NCBI GenBank assembly: GCA_052426225.1
Contig: JBNJNM010000009.1
Coordinates: 558,001 to 622,000, forward strand
DNA length: 64,000 bases
DNA from: Zancudomyces culisetae HAW-14-8
Taxonomy: Eukaryota > Fungi > Kickxellomycota
Reading direction: 5' to 3'
Below the pieces are notes generated by a model, which was given only the letters and a program-made list of their open reading frames with translations, made no database searches and was not told the origin of the DNA. Position 1 is the stretch's first letter. Each line of letters begins with the position of its first letter. Positions 35,613 through 48,610 of this stretch are shown in pieces. The translations under genes and the position numbers were made by a program.

Positions 35613-38591
35613 TTAACTCAATCAGATGTGGTAGAGCATACCATTGAGTTGACTGATGAAAAGGCTATAAAGCAGAGACCCTATAGAATTCCGTATCACT
35701 TACAGCAGAAAGTTAGGGATGAGTTAAGAATTATGGAGGAGAATAAGATCATTTCTCCTTGCGCTTCGGAATGGTGTTCCCCGGTGGTAACCGTGTGGAA
35801 AAAAAATGGAAAGCTGAGTATATCCGCCGACTACAGGCGGCTGAATCTGGCAACAAAAAAAGATGTGTACCCACTCCCTACCATCGACGACATCTTCATG
35901 TCATTATCCGGGTCTATTGTGTTCAGCACTTTAGACGCACTAAACGGATTTTGGCAAATAAAAATGGCTGAGCGAGACAGAGAGAAAACTGCCTTTTCTA
36001 TTCCAGGAAGCGGTAGCTATTGCTACAACGTAATGCCATTTGGGCTTACGAACAGTCCAGCTTCCTTCCAGAGCTTAATGGAAAAGACACTAGCACCAGT
36101 CCTATGGAAGAGTGCAGTCGTATTCATCGACGATATCATTGTATTCTCAAAGTCGCTGAATGAGCACCTCATTCATCTGAGACAAGTGTTCGAATTATTG
36201 AAATCTAATAAGGTACAGTTACACAGAAACAAGACATTCCTAGCCATGCGGAAGATAGAATACCTTGGGCACGTGTTGACAATAGAAGGAATTGGTACCA
36301 GCCCAGCAAAGATTGCAGCTATTCAGAAGTTTCAAAAGCCCAATTCAGTGAAGGAATTGCAGTCATTTCTAGGACTCACCGGGTATTACCGGAAGTTTGT
36401 AAAGGGATATGCCATCATATCAGTACCCTTGCTTAAACTCCTGAAAAAGAATACGAACTGGACGTGGGATGAAGAGAAAGGCAAGGCATTCAAGCAGTTG
36501 AAAGAAGCCTTATGTTCACCACCAACCTTGGCTCATCCAGACTGGAGCCAAGAGTTCATTCTAACAACAGATGCATCCATCAAAGGGATAGGTGGAATTT
36601 TGTCGCAGTCCAATGGAGGAGAAGAGAAACCTGTGTGCTATATTAGTCGCACGACTAATAAACATGAGCAGAACTACAGCGTAACACATTTGGAAGGTCT
36701 TGCGCTGATATGGTCAATCAGAAGCTGTAGTATTACTTATGGGGACGACATTTTACGATAAGAACGGATCACAAATCGCTCATCAAGTTGTTCGAAGGAT
36801 CAGAGAATACAGGAAGAGTTGCCCGCTGGGCAATGATTCTGAGGAATTACGATTACACTATAACTCACTGTCCTGGAAAAAACAACCCCGCAGACGCACT
36901 TACAAGACTAGAACAGGAGAAAAGTGAAGAGCCAATGGAGACTATAGATATCTGCACCCTAGATTATCTCTACTATGAAGCTATTAAAAACTATCTGGGA
37001 ACATTTAGTTACCCCAATAATGCCGATGAATCATTCAGGAAGAAGTTGAGAGCTAAAAGTAGGAAATACAAACTACAAGGAGATAAGCTAGTTAGGATTA
37101 TAAAAGGTGCAACTAAAGAGGTTTTGCATGAGAAGAACGCTTATGTGATTATAAAATCTATACACGTAGAAGGGCATTTAGGCATCGAAAACTCATGGCG
37201 AAGCGTAATAGAGAAAAATACCGGAGAAGGGCTATTCGAGACTGTAGAAGCCGTGGTTAAACAATGTGAAGTCTGTCAGTTGTACAAAGGCAGCAGGGTA
37301 AAACGTATTGGGTTGCAACCGATACAGGCAACCAGACCATTTGAGATATTCGGATTAGACGCTGTAGGCCCCATATCTCCAATTTCAAAGGCAGGGAATC
37401 GATTCATTTTATCTGGAATCGATTACTTCACAAAATGGCCTGTGGCAGCCGCAGTAACATACAATCGGACACCATAATAAATTTTATAATTACTGAAATT
37501 GTCCAAAATTTCGGTGTACCAGCACAAGTGATAACGGACAGGGGGCCTGGGTTTATCTGTAATCTTTCAGAGGAACTCTACAAGGAGTTAGAAGTCTTAC
37601 ATACCCCGACTACCGCCTACCGTCCACAGAGCAACGGGCAGGTAGAAAGACTTAACCAAACGCTCAAGAACACATTAATTAAACAATGCAGGTTAAATAA
37701 AGAAAATTGGGATCAATACATTTGGAAGTCATTACTAGCTATTCGAACAATGAGAAATAGCTCTACTAAATTCAGCCCGGCCGAACTCCTTTATGGTACA
37801 AAAATAGCAACTCCAAGCACTTGGACGCCACCTCCGGATGTAGATGACATGGACCTTGCTATACGTGAAAGAATAGAAGCTATAAAATCAGATTTACCAG
37901 CGCTTACGAGTAAAGGTCTTCATAATAGTATCAAAAGCAAGGGAAAAAACAAAGTAAGGTATAATAGGGATGTCCGGATCTCAGAGTTCCAGGAAGGGAA
38001 CCTTGTGTTAAAAAAGATTGAACAGCCTCAGAGCAAACTTGAACAGCTCTGGGAAGGACCGTACCGAGTAGACCGCAAATTGAGATTAGGGACATATGTG
38101 ATATCCGATAGAGATGGAAACCGAGACTTAGTCCATGATGATCTTTTAAAGCACTATCATCAGAGCCAAGAAATGATACCAGAGGTATCTACTTCCTTGA
38201 TATCAAAGTTACAACGTTTTAGAGAAGTAGGTCCAATCTGGTGCCGGGGTTCTGTCATATAGTGGAACTAATGGACTTAATATTTATAGGTATCTATTAT
38301 GAAATTATAATTATCAATATTTTTAGATTGGACCTTTTTCCCCTCGTGGTTTATGTTCAACGATTTCATAATTAGGATAGTTTAAATTAGTAATTAGTTA
38401 GCATACAATTATAGGGAAATTTTGGGGGTTAATAGTATCGCCCACAACTTATTGAATAAAAACTACTCTTAACCAAAAATATAAATACAATAGTATACAC
38501 AGTTTATATAAAATATCAAATATTATAGTATATAACTAGAAAATAAATAGATTTAAAGGTGATAATATAAATAAATAATCATATTATAACA
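35613..38591 (+). mobile_element. Ty3/Gypsy family H, 5'-truncated (frameshifted RT-RH-IN 35613-38262; 3' LTR 38253-38591)
   Basis: FIDD, TDAS, HHCC, DDE and GPY motifs; GGGGTTC-TGTCATATA boundary. Confidence 0.92.
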
Positions 38592-38593
38592 GA

Positions 38594-38915
38594 TGTCGTA
38601 TAGAAATACGATAGAAGGATAAGGGGAATTAGTCCCCGGTTTTATATATGTTATTTTTAGTTATATTTGTATTTTTAGATTGGACCTTTTTCACCTTTTG
38701 GTTATGTCCAATAGTTTTAATTAGTTTGTTATTTTAGCTTAATTAAACAAATATTTTGGGGGATAAATGAAGCTTTCACTTGGAAGAATATATAAATCAT
38801 CTTTATTCACAATTGGAAAAACAGTCTATGCTAGTAAAAGTTTATTTTTAGTATTAAATATAATTACGATATAGTAAACCTAATTAAAACATATAAGAAT
38901 ACTTTTTATTCATCA
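38594..38915 (+). repeat. Solo LTR (H/J-related)
   Basis: TGTCGTATAG start as in the J LTR; shares the TTAGATTGGAC box; flanks CAGA/CACA. Confidence 0.8.
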
Positions 38916-38919
38916 CACA

Positions 38920-40085
38920 TGTTGTATGCTTAGTTCCATCCAAGCTAAACTATTGGGTAAACAGCATACAGCTTCTCAAACACCGAATAACCACCGTTAT
39001 CTGGGTGTTTGTGCAAGAAATCTGGGATATCTTGGGTTATATATTACCCAAATGTTGGTGAAATATACAGTTGTTAGATACCAATATTATACACAATAAT
39101 AATGGTATTAACAAACTATCACAAAGTAAGTTTTTGAAAGCTATTAATTATATGTTTATGATAACACACAGTAATTATATAATATAACTAATTAACTATA
39201 TTTGTAATTAACGAGATTGTTAAACTTAGTTGTTCATCAAAGGAAATTGTATACCCTTTTATACAACTAATTTTATAATAAAACGTAATATAAAACTAAA
39301 ACTAATATTATGATAAATATTTTAAATATTAAACTTATTTCATTAATATACATAATATTAATGATGATACATTTAATATTGATCATTGTAACAATATTAA
39401 TGATATAAACTAATTATTAAATCATAATTAAATAATATAAACTAAAAATTAATTAATATTAATAATACACGTTGAATATCATTAATATTAGTTAATACCA
39501 TATTGTATTATATACAATATTGTTATGATATATGTGTATTCATAAAATCAGTTTTAATTGTTTTATTCTAAGTTTCTATTATAAAAGTTCAAATGTAATA
39601 GCTAGTCAGGTACTAGTTATAACTTATAACTCCACCACAAGTTTGGTGGTTTTAAATATATATTTTTTAAAGTTATTCATTAAATACAATTTAAATTAGT
39701 TCTAAAATACCATATTTTACTATATAAAATTGAAATTTGTGATTTGAGCAAAAACCTATCTAAAACCAAAAAAATACATAGATAGTGAAGCGTAACACAA
39801 TTTTCAAAGGGTATCAGAAAGGTATCAGAGTCTAATTTTTCTACCAAAATTGATTGTTTTGCACACCAAATTTTAGAAGTTGGGCGTAATTTTACCCAGT
39901 TTTATCGCATTCATTGCAGTAATAAATACATAAAACTAAATTAAATATAAGCTAAAAAGGTAGGGTTGACTGGTTAAATAAAGTATAACTTTCTCCAGTA
40001 AAAATCCCCCTATATTAGCAAAACTTTTTGTAGGTTTAGTTGCGGAAATTTCCTGAGAAATTTTCTGCAAACTAAAATTACAACA
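38920..40085. repeat. Long (1166 bp) solo LTR
   Basis: TGTTGTA...TACAACA terminal inverted repeat; TSD CACA (38916-38919, 40086-40089); may contain an unrecognised nested piece. Confidence 0.72.
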
Positions 40086-40089
40086 CACA

Positions 40090-43000
40090 TGTCATATTGT
40101 ACCCTTATTTTCTAATATGTTTATTTTTATTTAGTTGTTTAGTGAAATTTTTCTAGTTAATTTTATGTTTAAATTTATTTAGTTTTTATTGGATAAAATT
40201 ACGTAAGTGGTAAACAGTCAAAATTGAATCCACTTAGAATTTTATCATAGTATGTTTAAATAGGTTTGGTAGGTTTTTGTGAGAGTTTTTCTATCAGATT
40301 TTTTCAGTTTAATTATTAGAAATAAATGATTCTAACACACAATATATCTAATAAGGCTTCTAGGCTTAAAGAGTATTTAGTTATAAGATAATACTAAGTA
40401 ATAGAAGATAGTTATATTGCTACAACATTAAAATATATAAATAAAGCTATTTATATGACAGTGGTGCCTTCTGCCGGAATCGTGGATAATATTAATTAAA
40501 AATGGATAAAGTTACAATCTTTGAGAGTGGAAATGGTACTAGTGCCGAAGACTGGTTAGAAGATTTCCAGCTCATTGCGAAAATTAACAAGTGGAATCAT
40601 GCAGATTGGGTAGGATTAGTTAATCTGTGGCTTAGGAAGTCTGAAACTATCTGGTACAAGCGGAATAAGAAGAGTTTCACTAATTGGGAGGCATTCTCAA
40701 AGGAGTTTACTAAAAAGTTTAGTTCTGTTTTAACTACTAGTAGAGCCTGGAGTAGACTAGGGACCATCAAGCGAACAGATTTCGGTAGTCTAGACGAGTT
40801 GGAGATGGAACTAGAAAAGTTATGAAATCAGGTAGGTATTAAGGAAGAAGTGACCAAGTTGGGTTCACTTATTAGCACTTTTTCGGATGATATTCGAGAA
40901 AAGCTGGCAGACAGGGACGATTTGACATTGGAGCAAGTGATTCAGTTGGTTACTAAGCTGGAGCAAGGAAGTAGTATCAAGAATGCTGTTCAGCAATCTG
41001 GGAAGCCTACTAAGGCATCAACTAAGAATGCCGCTTCTAGAGCAGGAAAATCTGTAAAAGATCTTACAACAGAATCCGCACAGTTTGGTGAATTCCTAAG
41101 AACGTTTCAAGACCTTAGTGTTAGTCTCTTAGAAAAGTTAGACAAGACAGTAGTGGCGAATATCACGTCAAGAAGTAGCGCTAAAGTCGAGCGCCCAAAC
41201 ACGTGGGAGTGTTAATATTGCCATGCAAAAGGGCATAGGAGATTCGAGTGTCCTCAACTGAAGTCAGAGAGTTCAGATAAAAAGGTGAATTATATATCAG
41301 TGGATAAAGAAGTACTGGAATCTGATGAAGTTCTTATGGTGGAAAAGAGAAAGGCAGATGAACAATTGGTGAGGGTAGGAAGACCTGTGAAATCTCGCAA
41401 TACTAGTGAACAGGAGGATAGTGGAGCTCGTATTGAAAAGGTAAACCGCCCTGGCGTGCCAAGCGTTGAAAAAAATAAAAGTTTTAATTTAAGAGAGGAG
41501 TTAGAAAAAGTTTACCCTAAGATTAGTATGATTCAGCTGTTACAAAATTCAGAAAAAATTGCTGAGGATTGGAGAAATATAGCTGAAGTAGCACCTAGGG
41601 CAGCGATTAATGAGATTAGGTTACAGGAGAAAACTACTACAAACTGTAGTATGACGGTGGAAATTTATCAGTTACAATGGAAGGCGGTGGTGGACACCGG
41701 TGCAGCTTGTTCAGTGATAACCACGGGTGCGCTGAATAAGATTGGATTGGAACCAAACCATAAGAGCTCACATGTTATTATCACTGCAGACGGTAAAAGA
41801 CATGAAACTCTAGGTGTGGTTACTGAAGTTCCTATTATGATAAGCAGGATAGAGTTTAAGGCTTCGTTGGTAGTACTAGGCAACGCGATACCAACTATTA
41901 TATTGGGTATGGACTGGCTTTTGAAACATAAAGCAAGTATAAATCTAGCAATACCTGAATTAAGACTTCCAGTTGATCGGGCTGAGGTTGTTACGCAGTT
42001 GGTAACAACTAAAGAAAGTGCCAAGCCACGGGAAGAATGGGATTTATACCTAGTCACAGAAGCGCCGGTTGGTATACAGGGAGAATTATCTAGTGGGTTA
42101 AAAGCAGTTTTACAAGATTATGAAAAATTATTTGTAGAAGATATTGATCAGCTAAAGCAAACGGACGTGACAGAACACAAGATTTTACTCACAGAAAACA
42201 GACCTATAAAGCAGCGTCCATATAGGATTCCTTTCCGTTTACAAGAGGAGGTGGGTAAAGAAATTGATAGAATGTTGGCTCAAAATGTTATAGCGCCCAG
42301 CAACGCGGAATGGTGCTCTCCGGTTGTAGTGGTTCAGAAAAAAAATGGTAAGTTGCGCATATGCGCTGATTATCGAAAACTCAACGCGGTAACAATTAAA
42401 GATTCGTACCCGTTGCCGATAATTCAAGATTTGTTTATGGCCTTAGCCGGTGCGTGCATCTTTACAACTTTAGATGCGCTCAGCGGTTTTTGGCAAGTTA
42501 AAATGGCTGAAGACGATAAAGAAAAAACTACATTTGCATTGCCAGGAGGAGGATGCTATTAATATAATGTCATGCCTTTTGGGTTGACGAATAGCCCCTC
42601 AACATTTCAGCGTACAATGGAAACGGTTCTTAAAAAAGTGTTGTGGAAGAAAGCTGTGGTTTTTGTGGACGATATTATTGTCTTTTCAAAAAGTCTTGAG
42701 TGTCACGAACAGGATTTAAGAGAGATATTAGGGCTTTTAGAAGAAGGAAAAATACAATTACATAAGGATAAATGCAAGATAGGACTAACAGAAATAGATT
42801 ACTTAGGTCATGTAATTTCTGGTAAGGGGATTGCTACAAGTACAGACAAGATTGAGGCAATAACTAAAATGAGACCACCATCTAGCGTTAAGGAAGTGCA
42901 GTCATTTTTAGGTATGACTGGCTATTATAGAAAATTTATAGAACGATATGCAGTTTTGGCAGGTCCGTTAACACAGTTGTTAAAGAAAGGAGTTAAATGG

Positions 43001-45181
43001 AATTGGGGGTCACAGCAAGAAGAAGCCTTTCAGAAAATGAAAAAAGTGATGACAGAGGCTCCTATACTCGCGCATCCAGATTGGGACCACCCGTTTATAG
43101 TTACGACCGACGCTGCAGTTAGTGGAGTAGGGGCTATATTATCTCAAGTAATAGATGGTAAAGAAAGACCAGTAGAGTTTGCAAGTCGCACGACAAACAA
43201 GGCGGAGAGAAACTACTCTATAAGTCACTTAGAGGGTTTGGCGGTCATATGGGCAGTTAAAAAGTTTAAGTTTTATTTATATGGTAGAAAAATTACTATA
43301 AAAACAGATCATAAAGCACTTTTAAATATGTTTAACGGGACAGAATTAAGTGGTAGACTCGCCAGATGGGCAATGTTCTTAAGAAACTACGAGTTTGAAA
43401 TAGTACATATAGCAGCAAAGATTAACCCAGCCGACCATTTGTCAAGAAACGGAGTTTCACAGGGGCAGGAAGAAGATTCAGTCGAGGTATTTACTATGAA
43501 GTATAACGAAGACGATTTAGTGAAACAATTTTTAGTAGAAGGTGCGCTGCCTAAGGACTTGAATGAAGAAGATATTCTAAAAATAATCAAGAAAGCAAAA
43601 TCGTATTTATTGAAGGATGGAATAATTTACAAGTGGGTCAAAGGAAAGCTTAAAAAAGTTATTTCAGAAGTCGAACGTTTGGAATTAATAAGGAGTGTGC
43701 ACGACGAAACACACAAAAGAATAGAGAATACCTGGATAAGAGTAAGTAGCGAACACGTATGTAGAGGTTTATACAAGCAGGTAACGGACTATGTGAAGCG
43801 GTGTCACACCTGCCAGGTGTTCAAGGATGGGCGAAGCAGAAAACATCCTTTGGAGCCGATTCATGCAGTGAAGCCGTTTGAAGTTCTGGGTATGGACACA
43901 ATTGGTCCTATCAACCCAGTATCAGAATCGGGAAACCGTTATATCCTAACAGCGATTAACTATTGTACTAAATGGCTTATCGCCATTCCCGTCGACAACC
44001 TACTCAGTGAGACAATAGTGGATTTTGTTATTAATAATATTGTTACGTACTATGGAGTACCCCAGAAGATCATAACGGACAGGGGATCTAGTTTTGTTAG
44101 CAACATAACAACTGAAGTATTTGAATGGCTAAAGATTAATTACAGTCCAACAACTTCATACCGTCCGCAAAGTAACGGACAGGTTAAGAGGTTGAATAAA
44201 ACATTGATGAACTTACTTCAAAAAATCAGCCGCAAGGACAAGGGCAACTGGGACCGATACTTGTGGAAGGTTTTGTTGATTATGAGGACTATGCAGAGTA
44301 AGAGTACAGGTTACACACCAGCAGAAATGATGTACGGTACGGACATGTTAATACCTTCGACTTGGCAAACGAACGGTATCATCGAGAATGAAGTAGAACA
44401 GATTGAAAGTAGGTTAAAATTGATGCAAAGTAACTTACCGCAGTTGAGAAAGATTGGAGTTCAAAAAGCCGTTGCAGCTAAAGAAGCAGAGAAAGTAAGG
44501 TATAATAAATCAGTTAAATCTACTAAATTTCAAGTTGGTGATAAGGTATTAAAATTAGTTGAGTACGAGCGTGGTAAGTTGGAAAATCTATGGGAAGGGC
44601 CTTTTACTATTCTTAAACGTTTCACGAAGGGTGCTTACCTCATTTCAGATCATCTCGGGAATCGTGATTTAGTAAATGGAGATTTACTAAAGCTATATTA
44701 TGAATCGAAGTTTATGATTCCTGAAATTACCAGTCGTCTCAGGCCCAAGTTGCATACCTATAAACAAGTTCGACAAAATGAGGACATTTTCGGTTGAGAG
44801 GGGGGGTGCTGTCATATAGTACCTTTATTTTCTAATATGTTTATTTTTATTTAGTTGTTTAGTGAAATTTTTCTAGTTAATTAAATGTTTAAAATATATT
44901 TAGTTTTTATTGGATAAAATTACGTAAGTGGTAAAAAGTCAAAATTGAATCCACTTAGAATTTTATCATAGTATGTTTATATAGGTTTGGTAGGTTTTTG
45001 TGAGAGTTTTACTATCAGATTTTTTCAGTTTAATTATTAGAAATAAATGATTCTAACACACAATATATCTAATAAGGCTTCTAGGCTTAAAGAGAATTTA
45101 GTTATAAGATAATACTAAGTAATAGAAGATAGTTTATATAGCTACAACATAAAAATATATAAATAAAGCTATTTAATGACA
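40090..45181 (+). mobile_element. Ty3/Gypsy family I, full length and degenerate (LTRs 40090-40460 and 44810-45181)
   Basis: LTR repeats; PBS TGGTGCCTTCTGCCGGAA from 40462 (possibly tRNA-Thr, unconfirmed); PPT GAGAGGGGGGG 44796-44806. Confidence 0.95.
40502..44797 (+). pseudogene. Family I single-frame gag-pol with three in-frame stops
   Basis: Collinear same-frame ORFs; VDTGAAC, FVDD, TDAA, integrase, GPF. Confidence 0.92.
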
Positions 45182-45185
45182 AGAC

Positions 45186-45408
45186 TGTTATATAGTGGAA
45201 TTATATATTTGTATTTCCTTGTATTGTATTGGTTAATTTAATTAGTATTACTTTATGCATTAAATAGTCTAGTTTTGAATTAATTAATAAATTGTCTTTT
45301 TCTCCCAAAATAATATATGACCAAATATATAATAATAAAAGTCCCGGCCTGTATAAAACTGGGTAATTATATTACTCATTAGGAGGTTAAACATGTAATT
45401 ATACAGCA
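45186..45408 (+). repeat. Solo LTR (family of 16595-16816)
   Basis: Reverse-complement similarity to solo LTRs 1 and 3; preceded by AGAC. Confidence 0.87.
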
Positions 45409-45660
45409 GTACCTTTTTCCCCTTGTGGTTTTTGTCAATCAATATTTTTAGTCATTAAGTAGAATAACATTTAGTTTTATTATCGAAGATAATTCAGGGT
45501 ATAGGAGAAGCCCTCAACAAAAAATGAATAAAATAATCTTTTAATCACATAATATAATAATAAGTTATAATAGTATTAAACAAATAAGAAAATATACAAA
45601 CCATACTTATATAAAAGATAAATAATAATCAAACATTTGAATTTTATAGATTCTACAACA
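45409..45660 (+). repeat. Distal fragment of an H/J-related LTR
   Basis: Begins within the ACCTTTTTCCCCTTGTGGTTTTTGTC box and ends ...CTACAACA. Confidence 0.65.
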
Positions 45661-47640
45661 GACTGTCGTATAGTAATACGTTTAGAACTCTTAATGCATT
45701 GAGATTTCTAATCTCAATATTTTATTGTAGTTAAATTATAGTATAGTTATCTTTATTTTTAGATTGGACTTTTTTCCTTCCGTGGTTTTGTCCATGGATT
45801 TATTACTTAGTGTTTTGAATAATAATTATCGTAAAGTTTTTGGGGTTAAAGCTCACGCCCACTTGAAATTTAAATAAAACAAGCTTAACAGAATATTAAA
45901 ATAGATATAAGTTTTAATAAGTATAAATACCAAACATACAGTAAGTTACTTATATAGTATAGTTAAGTAGTAAAAATAAACATTTTAGTTAACAGTGGCG
46001 CTCCCAGCTAGGCCCACCAGCGAATAACTGGTAATGAGCATTGAAGTGCTATTATTAGGACTCACTTTTAGTATACTGATCATTATATTAATAAGAGAAT
46101 TGAGAAAAGACAAGATAATATTAGAAATGAAACACAATACAGGAAGTTTATTCAGACAAACAGCAGCACCAGACTTATTTAGTGCAAATGCGGAAACTGA
46201 CCCCAAAGATTGGCTAGAAAGGTACGACCTTATTGCCAGAATCAATGGCTGGTCAGACGATGATAAGGTTGCGCTAGTACAACTGTACCTGGATAAGAAG
46301 GAAGTTTTGTGGTTTAAGAAAAACAAGAGCAAGTTTACCGATTGGAAATCGTTTTGTGAGGCCTTTAAAAGCAAGTATTCAGAGGAAGAAAATGAACTAG
46401 ACGCTTGGGAAAAGATAAAGACAATCAAGCTTAAGGATTACAATTAAATAGAAGAATTGGAGATAGATCTGGAAGAACTACTATTGAAGGCAAAAGTTTC
46501 AGACAAAAAAACTAAATGGAATGCTCTAGTTTCTAGCTTAGACACAAAGTTGAAAAGGAAAATACTAAAAGCAGAACTAAAGGAATGGGACGAAGTGGTT
46601 AAACACATACTCCAAAGACAAAAGTTTGAAAGATTAGCAGAAGAAGGAAGTGAAGAGGAAGCAGAAGATAAAGTGACAAACGAAAAAAAAGTGGTCAGGA
46701 GACATCCTAACACAAGTGCCGGAGAGCCTTTGGTAGAAGCATTGATTGAAAAGTTTGAAAAAGTTAGTTTAAATATGATAAATAAAATGGATCAAACGTT
46801 AGAAAGAGTTAATAGTATGAGATACTGAAATAATAATTCATCTAGAACTTCAGAGTTGTTGAGAGACGGAAGATGTTTTCACTGCCAAGAAAAAGGACAC
46901 AGGAAATTTGAATGTCCCGACCTTAGGAAACCAAACAGGAATAATGGGAAAATTCAGGAAAACCAGAAGATAAACTCATTGAATTGTTGAATACCGATAC
47001 CAATGCTGAAAAGCCAACAGAAGATAAAGAACAAGAAGTGTGGTTGGTAGACAAACGATCGAGAGAAACAAATGAGCAAGGAGATGTAAGTAAGCCTACA
47101 GCTAAGAGGTATAGAACAGAAGCAGTAAAGCAGGAGGATATTAAGATGAAGGAAATAGCTGTTAAGAGAACGAGGGTGGTTAATAAGAAGATACCAAGTA
47201 TGGCAATCGGGGTGGAGAAGTACTCGATAAGAAAGGATCTAATGGAATTTCAGCCCACAATCAAACTTCCACAACTGCTTTTGGAAGCACCAAGAATAAG
47301 AAGCGAATACTTGGAATTGGGAAAAAATGTCGAGCAGACACAAATGAATCAATTTCATGTATCTGAATTCAGGACAACTAATTGCAGAGCGTTAGTAGAA
47401 GTATACAATAAGTACGTATGAGCCGTAGTAGACACCGGAGCTGCGTGTTATAGCCAATAATATTACTTCTTAATACCCATAATTAATCTTCATATTTTAT
47501 CTTATATTTAATCATTTCGTTTATGCTTCGTTGTAATTATCTAAGAATTACAACTTGTTTATTCAATAAATCTCGTTCTATGACATTTTGTAATTCTTCC
47601 AACTCCTAGTTAATCAGTCTAGTATTGTTGGAAAATATTA

Positions 47641-48578
47641 ATCAAGATATCATAAGTATTATGAGTGAAGCCGAGCCAAAGACACCCGAAATTGATAAGT
47701 TTTCCGGAGCCGCGGAACAATTTGTTCCCTTCATGGCTCAGATCCGCAGACAGTTTTGGGCAAAATCCGATGCTTTTTCTACAGACAAGAAAAAGATTGC
47801 TTTTATCAGCGCCCACTTCACAGGTCATGCCGCCACGTGGTTTGACGATATTCTGGAATCCGAAGCCAAGCTCCCTGTAACTTCAACTGAACCCAAACTC
47901 TTGGAATCATATGAAGCGTTTATGGAATGTTTTAAGCTTAGGTTCTCCGACCCCGGCCACCAATCACGTGCCATCCAGCAGCTTCATGAACTTAAACAGG
48001 GTAACCAATCTGTTATGGCCTATGCAGTGGACTTCAGGAACCTAGCTCGGATATGCGATTTTGGCGAGGCTGCCAATATCGACATGTTTAGGCGCGGTCT
48101 CAGTACCAGAATTACCCGTCACCTGATCGCTACCAAGATGCCAAGCAAGTTGGATGAAGTAATAACTCTAGTAGTTGAGTTGGATAACACAGTTAATTCC
48201 AACCTTAGCTACATGAACAAATCCGAGTACAGAAGTCCATATCCAGACGCAAACCCGCTTCCAAGACAGTCCAGACCATTTCAGCCAATGAACAAGCCGT
48301 TCCACAATTACCAGCAAAATCAGTTTCAGCAACACCAGTACCAAAACCAGAACTTCCAGCGCCAGCCAAGACAGTACCGCCCTCAGACGCCAGAGCCAAT
48401 GGACGTTGATGCCGTAGTCCCGAAGCCAAGAGGACCGTTGACAATTGAAGAACGCCAGAGACGGATCCTCAACAGTTTATGCATTTACTGTGGACTACCA
48501 GGCCACATATTGAGAAATTGCCCGTCACGTATCCCAAGACCTTCAGAGCCTAATTTAAAAGTCGAACCCCAGGAATAA
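47641..48578 (+). CDS. Chromovirus E Gag (ATG at 47661)
   Basis: Homologous to D Gag; CIYCGLPGHILRNC knuckle. Confidence 0.9.
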
Positions 48579-48610
48579 CCGGCAAGGTATTACTGGGGCT
48601 AACCGTATAA

